Virus record (IMG/VR): IMGVR_UViG_3300044535_000472
Coordinates: 58,615-122,614 of that record
DNA from: a virus
Strand: one strand, 5' to 3'
Length of the DNA stretch: 64,000 bases
The notes under the pieces were generated by a model. The model was not told the origin of the DNA. It saw only the letters and a program-made list of their open reading frames with translations, and did no database searches. This document shows, piece after piece, positions 58,676 through 64,000 of this stretch. Every line of letters starts with the position of its first letter. Position 1 is the stretch's first letter. Both the position numbers and the translations under genes were made by a program.

Positions 58676-58897
58676 ATGGCAACAACTATTAAAGCTGGAA
58701 TTTATGTAGACCCGCTTAGCGAGGATGAGTCTACCCCTGAGATCTATATTGATCACAGCATGATCCAGATATATAGTCAGGAGGATATCCTTGTTGTACA
58801 ACTAAGCTATGAAGAACTTCGCGGTGTCTTAGCCATCATGGCGGCAGAACAAGAAAAAACTCACCTGCGCATTCAGGCTATCGGTAGGAATAACTAG
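58676..58897 (+). CDS. Hypothetical protein, 73 aa
   Basis: 2 nt after the phosphoesterase stop. Confidence 0.6.
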   Translation: MATTIKAGIYVDPLSEDESTPEIYIDHSMIQIYSQEDILVVQLSYEELRGVLAIMAAEQEKTHLRIQAIGRNN

Positions 58898-58978
58898 AAG
58901 GCGGGTGTTCCCTCATCCATATTCATATACCATGTAAAGAGTATCCACCTAAGATCATCTGATAACTTAGGTAAGTGG

Positions 58979-59158
58979 TTATATATTTCGTTCAGCTCTT
59001 TCAAGGGCGCGGTTGTATAACTGGTACAAAGATACATTTATTATATCTACTTCAGCTACCCTATGCTCACCAACTAGGTGTATCATAAGCAAGGTAAACT
59101 TATAGTAGTCTAGCGGGTGTTTCCCAACTGGGAGCATTTTAACTATTTCCGGCATCAT
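58979..59158 (-). CDS. Possible small protein, 59 aa (MMPEIVKMLPVGKHPLDYY...)
   Basis: Manual translation. TATATTTG (Bacteroidota -7-type TAnnTTTG) lies on the minus strand at 59166-59173. Confidence 0.35.
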   Translation of the reverse strand: MMPEIVKMLPVGKHPLDYYKFTLLMIHLVGEHRVAEVDIINVSLYQLYNRALERAERNI

Positions 59159-60014
59159 CTCGTAACAAATATATATGTAAAATTGTTACCACACTAAAGT
59201 ATGGAATTGGATACCGTAAACAGATATATTGACCTTTGTGTCTTAAAAGTCATACTATAGTGTGATTTTATACCCTATAAGGGATGTTATCCTATGTGGG
59301 TAATATGACCCGTACCCTGGAGGGTATATATTAGATAGATGTTATAAACCACATCTGTCGCAATTATAGTAAACTTTTGCGACAGCTATTGTGGAAAATA
59401 ATCACCAGAATCAGGCTTTTAGTGGAAAATAATCCCCAACTCCTACTCGCTTACTGGAAAATATTTACCAAACTCTGTAACAAAACATGGACAAACTCGG
59501 AAGTTTCCCGAATTATCTGCATGAATTTTTCCAAATTTTGCATGCAAACAGGGGACCCCTTGGTATAGTACAATATGCAATTACATATAGAACCCTGGAT
59601 CTTGACCATTATAATATGCAGGAGCATATAGTTAGGAATGTCCAGTTTATTGCACAAAAAACTTGACATTACCGGTTCTCCTACATATACCCTCGTAGGG
59701 AATAAGACAATCAACCTACCCCCGGTAGTAAGGTTAGGTGGGGACACCCCCAGGGGGGATGGAGGTAGGGGAAATTTAATGTGGTAGATGATGTGAGGGG
59801 TATACTACAAATCAACCCCCGGCTTTAAACTTTTTAGGGGGTACCCCCCATGAAATTTGAAACATTTCATTTAAAAGTTGAAATCCAAAGAAAACATTTT
59901 ATCTATTGAAAAATGTTTATACGTCATATAACTATGACATGGTTGATTTGAGTTGCACAACAAAGACTTGAGTTGTTGTGTTGTGCCACCCGTCCCCGAC
60001 CACCACCCCTAGAT

Positions 60015-60030
60015 ATGTTGCAAGCAACAT
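60015..60030 (+). promoter_or_regulatory. Palindrome ATGTTGC-AA-GCAACAT upstream of the first early-type gene
   Basis: Perfect 7-bp inverted repeat with a TTGC/GCAA core shared with downstream elements. Confidence 0.45.
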
Positions 60031-60065
60031 CATTGATACAACTTATTATTCATAATCTTAAGATA

Positions 60066-60269
60066 ATGAATAACTTTTTACACTCGCTAGTAGGTCATAC
60101 TGACCTATATCAAGCTAAAAAGCAAGTGATTAGTGAAATCCTTGCCTTCACCAAGTTTCCCAAATCACGCACAAGTCGTGCATATCTTTGGGGCAAAGAC
60201 ATTCAAGACCTTGCGGTAATGCACCGTGAGCTATTGACATATCACACTATGCAATTGGAAATCGCTTAG
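60066..60269 (+). CDS. Early-type hypothetical protein, 67 aa
   Basis: ATG at 60066 after an A/T-rich leader; terminator at the stop. Confidence 0.7.
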   Translation: MNNFLHSLVGHTDLYQAKKQVISEILAFTKFPKSRTSRAYLWGKDIQDLAVMHRELLTYHTMQLEIA

Positions 60270-60282
60270 GCGATTTCTTTTT
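60258..60282 (+). terminator. Intrinsic terminator overlapping the stop codon
   Basis: GAAATCGC-TTAG-GCGATTTC followed by TTTTT. Confidence 0.8.
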
Positions 60283-60325
60283 GCTTTGCAATTAATAATA
60301 CAACTTATCTTTCATAATCATAATT

Positions 60326-60508
60326 ATGAAAAAATTCATGTTAATCATTACAATTATCGCATGGCTAGATAGCCTTGCGCTAATCTTCATTACTAACACT
60401 TTGCCGCACATCAGCAGTAAACCATTAGTTAATGGCTTCCTGATCTTCTGTGCAGGATTCATCTCGTACTTGATATACTATCAATTACGCGATATGAGAA
60501 AGGCTTAG
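60326..60508 (+). CDS. Small two-TM membrane protein, 60 aa
   Basis: Two hydrophobic segments. Confidence 0.65.
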   Translation: MKKFMLIITIIAWLDSLALIFITNTLPHISSKPLVNGFLIFCAGFISYLIYYQLRDMRKA

Positions 60509-60526
60509 GCCTTTCTCTTTTCTTTT
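60496..60526 (+). terminator. Intrinsic terminator overlapping the stop codon
   Basis: GAGAAAGGC-TTAG-GCCTTTCTC followed by TTTTCTTTT. Confidence 0.8.
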
Positions 60527-60588
60527 GCTGCGCAATAGGCAATACACCATATACTAATAAAATCAGTTTCACTTAATTTAAATTTATC

Positions 60589-60960
60589 ATGGTAGAACCA
60601 ATCAAAATTCAAATCGCGTTATCAGATTTATTAGACGTCATCAACGCAAGCAGCAATCCTATAGTTGCAGCTGCTGTTCTTGATGGCTCTTATGCAAGCC
60701 CACTTCAAGATAAAGATCTTGTAGGTCGCTTTCATAAGAACTTTAACATCAAGAAAGATGACGACACGCGTGACCATTATTTGCTCTTGTTCCAAGGCTA
60801 CAATAAATGGTCCGATGAGGTGACATTTAAGAAAGATCACCCCAACGCGTGGTCCGGCAACAACACCATGTCTTTAGCAGAATGGCGTGCTGCCTATGAC
60901 TTTGAGCCTTCTACACTTGGCAAGGCTGATACCAAGGCATCAACCGTTGGCCAATTCTAA
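60589..60960 (+). CDS. Early-type hypothetical protein, 123 aa
   Basis: Clean ORF bounded by a motif upstream and a terminator downstream. Confidence 0.7.
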   Translation: MVEPIKIQIALSDLLDVINASSNPIVAAAVLDGSYASPLQDKDLVGRFHKNFNIKKDDDTRDHYLLLFQGYNKWSDEVTFKKDHPNAWSGNNTMSLAEWRAAYDFEPSTLGKADTKASTVGQF

Positions 60961-60967
60961 GGCTCAT

Positions 60968-60995
60968 GAAACCCCTTCGGGGGTTTCTTTTTTTT
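60968..60995 (+). terminator. Intrinsic terminator
   Basis: GAAACCCC-TTCG-GGGGTTTC followed by T8. Confidence 0.9.
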
Positions 60996-61045
60996 GCTAC
61001 GCAAATAGATAATACTACATATCCTTGAAAATAAATTATCAAACT

Positions 61046-61453
61046 ATGAGTTTAAAAATTCAATTTCAGCGTTCTTACCGCAAGGCCGGTAAAACGCCCG
61101 GCGCGCCTTCTCGCCTAATCTTCGTATATCTTGTAATCGGTACTGCAGAGCAGTTAACCGAGTTCCGAGATATCCAAAGTGCAAATCTGCGTGAAGATGA
61201 AAAGGGAAACCCTTTGTTCTTCACTAGCAGATATGCAGGCGAGACAGCAATGCTTACGCTTAACCATTCGGGTACTGACTACTACGTAGACAATACCGAG
61301 ATGGATAAGCAAGCATCACTGGTTGCACAATTCGGCGGTAATCTTGGTCAAGCAATTGCTATGCAAATTGCAGCCCAAGCCACCGGCCGAGTGCAACAGC
61401 CCGCCCCCGCTGCGGTACCCGCTGACAAGACACAAGGTCTTGGCACCGTGTAA
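61046..61453 (+). CDS. Early-type protein, paralog A (135 aa from MSLKIQF)
   Basis: Roughly half identical by eye to 61893..62285. Confidence 0.8.
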   Translation: MSLKIQFQRSYRKAGKTPGAPSRLIFVYLVIGTAEQLTEFRDIQSANLREDEKGNPLFFTSRYAGETAMLTLNHSGTDYYVDNTEMDKQASLVAQFGGNLGQAIAMQIAAQATGRVQQPAPAAVPADKTQGLGTV

Positions 61454-61464
61454 CTACGCGGTAC

Positions 61465-61494
61465 ACCCTACTCTTCGGAGTAGGGTTTTTTTTT
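61465..61494 (+). terminator. Intrinsic terminator
   Basis: ACCCTACTC-TTCG-GAGTAGGGT followed by a T-run. Confidence 0.9.
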
Positions 61495-61699
61495 GCTCTG
61501 CAAGTTTTTATATCCTATCTCTTGTCCCTTGTCATTGGTACAATAGTAATTGTATATAATTATATCCGTAGGAAGCCGTAAATGTATACACGTATATAGT
61601 TATTCTTGGATTCCTATGTATATACCTCACACGGGACACATACACACTTATACACTGAAACACAATGAGTTAGCGTATATAGATACTTGTAAACCTAAA

Positions 61700-61820
61700 T
61701 ATCGCTCGCGCTTCGCGCTCGCTCTAATGCTTCGCATTTATTTTTAGCTCGCTTCGCTCGCTTTATTCGCTACGCGAATTTTTTAGATACTACTCATCTT
61801 CGCTGCGCTCGATGAGTTTG
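61700..61820. repeat. Cluster of five GC-NNN-GC mini-hairpins
   Basis: GCGC-TTC-GCGC, AATGC-TTC-GCATT, GC-TTC-GC, ATTCGC-TAC-GCGAAT, and GC-TGC-GC nested in an ACTCATC/GATGAGT stem. Confidence 0.75.
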
Positions 61821-61892
61821 CCGAGTACTGAGTACAGGTGAACCGGGTAAGCGTGAATATTAATCAATTTATAATCAATTAATTAGGGGCTT

Positions 61893-62285
61893 ATGAGCAC
61901 ACTACAATTGACATTTGCGCGCCAGTATCGCAAGAAACAAACTGGCAAGTTGGTATTCGTGTATAATGTGAAGGGCACTGCCGCACAATTAGATGAGTAC
62001 CGTGATGCACAGGGTAGTTACCTTGTGGAAGATGAGAAAGGACAACCATTGTTCTTTACATCTCGCTATGTGGGTGAGTCTTGCCCGCTTGTTGCTAACC
62101 ATAACGGGGACGGATTCTATGCCGACACCACGGAGATGGACAAGCAAGCTGCGATGGTGCAGCAGTTTGGTGGTAATTTGGGCCAAGCGTTGGCTGCACA
62201 GATTGCTGCAAGCGTTGCGGGTAAAGGTGTTGCTACCTCACAAGTGGCAAGTGCACCAGTGTCTAAAGGATTAGGCACAGTTTAA
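61893..62285 (+). CDS. Early-type protein, paralog B (130 aa)
   Basis: Shares EDEKG.PLFFTSRY, TEMDKQA, QFGGNLGQA and the terminal GLGTV with paralog A. Confidence 0.8.
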   Translation: MSTLQLTFARQYRKKQTGKLVFVYNVKGTAAQLDEYRDAQGSYLVEDEKGQPLFFTSRYVGESCPLVANHNGDGFYADTTEMDKQAAMVQQFGGNLGQALAAQIAASVAGKGVATSQVASAPVSKGLGTV

Positions 62286-62586
62286 TGCTAACTAATTGAG
62301 TATCAGTGTGTTTGTGAGTTAATAACACACTGATGCTCTTTCTTATTAGTATTGCAATGTACAATGAAGTGCGACAAATGAACGCGCACTAGATAGCTAA
62401 GGGATTGTAGTACGAGTACTCTTCCCTGTATTAATGCATCATAACTTACTTCACAAGGGTAAGCAGTTATTACGTTATGGAAAACACGCGGCTCATACCT
62501 AGTCTTTAAGGACACTATGCCATAATGTGATAACTGAATGCAGAGTGGTACAATAGAATGTTTAACCCTTTAATACTTATACGTAT

Positions 62587-62823
62587 ATGTATATAGGAAG
62601 CGAGAAGGCCCAAGAGTTGGGTAACCGGGCTATTGATAACCCGAGTTTATTGGACAGGCTAGATGAAGATACCTTTATCAAGTTTGTTGTGTGTATATCT
62701 AAACACGATAAGTCATTAGCCTCAAGGGTATTTGACTTAAAGTATGATAAGATATCAGCCCAAGGTAAAGTTTTATTTTGGGAAGCAGTAGGAATGTTAA
62801 CTAAACCAGAAGAGTATGTCTAA
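62587..62823 (+). CDS. Hypothetical protein, 78 aa
   Basis: ORF track; overlaps the next gene. Confidence 0.55.
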   Translation: MYIGSEKAQELGNRAIDNPSLLDRLDEDTFIKFVVCISKHDKSLASRVFDLKYDKISAQGKVLFWEAVGMLTKPEEYV

Positions 62824-63004
62824 AGTCATATTGTTTTTCTACTTGTTAACCGGGAAGGTTGAGAAGGTAGACGGGTTGTATACGATACATACTACTGAGA
62901 GTTCTGTTATTGAGTACGCTTGTGAGGGTGAAGTATTAGAGTATATAGAGACAGGTGTCTTTAGATATGATGATAACCTTGCAAAGCCAGGTGAGTTGGA
63001 ATAG
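62816..63004 (+). CDS. Hypothetical protein, 62 aa
   Basis: ORF track; coupled to the previous gene. Confidence 0.5.
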   Translation: MSKVILFFYLLTGKVEKVDGLYTIHTTESSVIEYACEGEVLEYIETGVFRYDDNLAKPGELE

Positions 63005-63041
63005 GTAGGAAGCCGGGGAGTTTTGTGATGATTTTCTCCCC

Positions 63042-63479
63042 GTGCTGTTCTATATTTTTGAAACAATGTTTAACTTAACACCTAATAAAATGGAAAGAAG
63101 GTCGTTTGCAATTGGGCTTGCTATAGCCTCAGCAATCTGGATTGGTACAATGTGTATGTATTTATATGCACAACCAAGTACAGAGTCTAATGTAGAACCG
63201 CATGTGGTTTATGGATATCCTCCTCACAGTATCTGTGATACTCTTGTAGTTGGAGATAGTCTCTTACAACACGAGAGAGTAGTTTACTACGAGCGTGGTT
63301 ATTTTACTTGTCTTCGTGATGCAAACCCAAGAATGTATAACGCCTATATATTAGGAGTATATCAATTAAAGGGTGTTGAAGATTTTAATGTTATTGACAG
63401 TGTTGTATCTGATTTGGCTTTTCAATATAAGTTTAGCCCTGATGATCGTGAATATTTATACACATTAATAACTGATTAA
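63042..63479 (+). CDS. Membrane-anchored or secreted hypothetical protein (start may be a downstream Met)
   Basis: Hydrophobic AIGLAIASAIWIGTMCMYLYA segment after basic residues. Confidence 0.6.
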   Translation: MLFYIFETMFNLTPNKMERRSFAIGLAIASAIWIGTMCMYLYAQPSTESNVEPHVVYGYPPHSICDTLVVGDSLLQHERVVYYERGYFTCLRDANPRMYNAYILGVYQLKGVEDFNVIDSVVSDLAFQYKFSPDDREYLYTLITD

Positions 63480-63480
63480 G

Positions 63481-63699
63481 ATGACAAGAGAACTTGCTAG
63501 AATTAAGACCATACAGAAGTTTACTAACTTACTTGATGGCACGTTGTTACCAGGATATAGTGTGGCTCAAGTAATTAGTTACTATGAGTCACAGCTTCTT
63601 GGTGTTCCTACTGATAATATTAGTAGGATAGATGGTATCACCGCTAAATTTATGGAGGATTATATAAATAATCTCGATGATGGTGATCAAATATTGTAA
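63481..63699 (+). CDS. Hypothetical protein, 72 aa
   Basis: 1 nt after the previous stop. Confidence 0.6.
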   Translation: MTRELARIKTIQKFTNLLDGTLLPGYSVAQVISYYESQLLGVPTDNISRIDGITAKFMEDYINNLDDGDQIL

Positions 63700-64000
63700 A
63701 GTGAAGAATGCATACAGCACTATAAAAATACTTATGGTAAAGTTAAAACGCATTCTGTATCTTTACAATCTATTATGCATTAACCCGCAAGGGTGAACAG
63801 TTGTGATATTTATCTCGCAGACCTTGTACTAAAGTGGAGTGCCCACCTTGGAAGCTGATAGATATTACAACTGAATGCATAATTATTTATAGCCCATAAG
63901 GGCAAATTTTAAAATTATATACCTTACATTATTCAATTGAAGTTAAATGGTGACGCCTATAATCTATTAGGCTATGTGTATTTACCCGAAGGTCAGTCTA

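Noticed and set aside
917-58801. Many short track ORFs antisense to or out of frame within long genes (e.g. 917..1261, 38715..39161, 43360..43677, 52450..52854)
   Set aside because: Shadow frames of real genes; no recognisable motifs or independent start signals.
59377-59747. Track ORFs 59377..59568 (+) and 59451..59747 (-)
   Set aside because: They overlap antisense, lie across palindromes and homopolymer runs, and show no protein-like motif; probably not coding.
60281-61503. Reading the TTTGC elements as host sigma-A promoters
   Set aside because: They lack the TAnn before TTTG, and no TAnnTTTG follows at -33/-7 spacing; the conserved feature is the inverted repeat.
61550-61747. Track ORF 61550..61747
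   Set aside because: Its low-complexity translation (YIH/TYT, RSRFALAL) is explained by AT repeats and the hairpin cluster.
58898-64000. tRNA genes in the non-coding stretches
   Set aside because: No cloverleaf with a GTTCRA T-loop and matching acceptor stem was found by eye; tRNAscan-SE or ARAGORN would settle it.

Overview
A 64-kb, AT-rich segment of a large dsDNA tailed phage with crAss-like (Crassvirales-type, podovirus) gene order, read in the standard genetic code. A-rich leaders without Shine-Dalgarno sites and Bacteroidota-type tail motifs suggest a Bacteroidota host. Positions 1-57.6 kb are one minus-strand late region. In transcription order it holds tail fibre/appendage genes, a holin-like gene, HU/IHF-like and PD-(D/E)XK genes, terminase, portal, scaffold-like protein, major capsid protein, six tiny basic proteins, tail ring proteins, Cys-rich vWA/FN3 proteins, a tail stabilisation protein, four modular cargo-like proteins and two giant ejection-type proteins (the last runs off the window). 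A metallophosphoesterase on the plus strand is followed by about 1.1 kb of palindrome-rich, mostly non-coding DNA and then small plus-strand early-type genes. Two candidate undescribed systems stand out. (1) Cargo-like proteins are built from modules bounded by repeated KIKxLPKAQ headers and xxxGG motifs, and carry a protein-kinase fold, an ADP-ribosyltransferase-like segment and two lysozyme-like domains. (2) A TTGC-N2-3-GCAA...ATAC element lies upstream of successive early genes and forms GC-closed 3-nt-loop hairpins on the template strand, resembling N4 virion-RNAP promoters. All family assignments come from motif recognition, not database searches.
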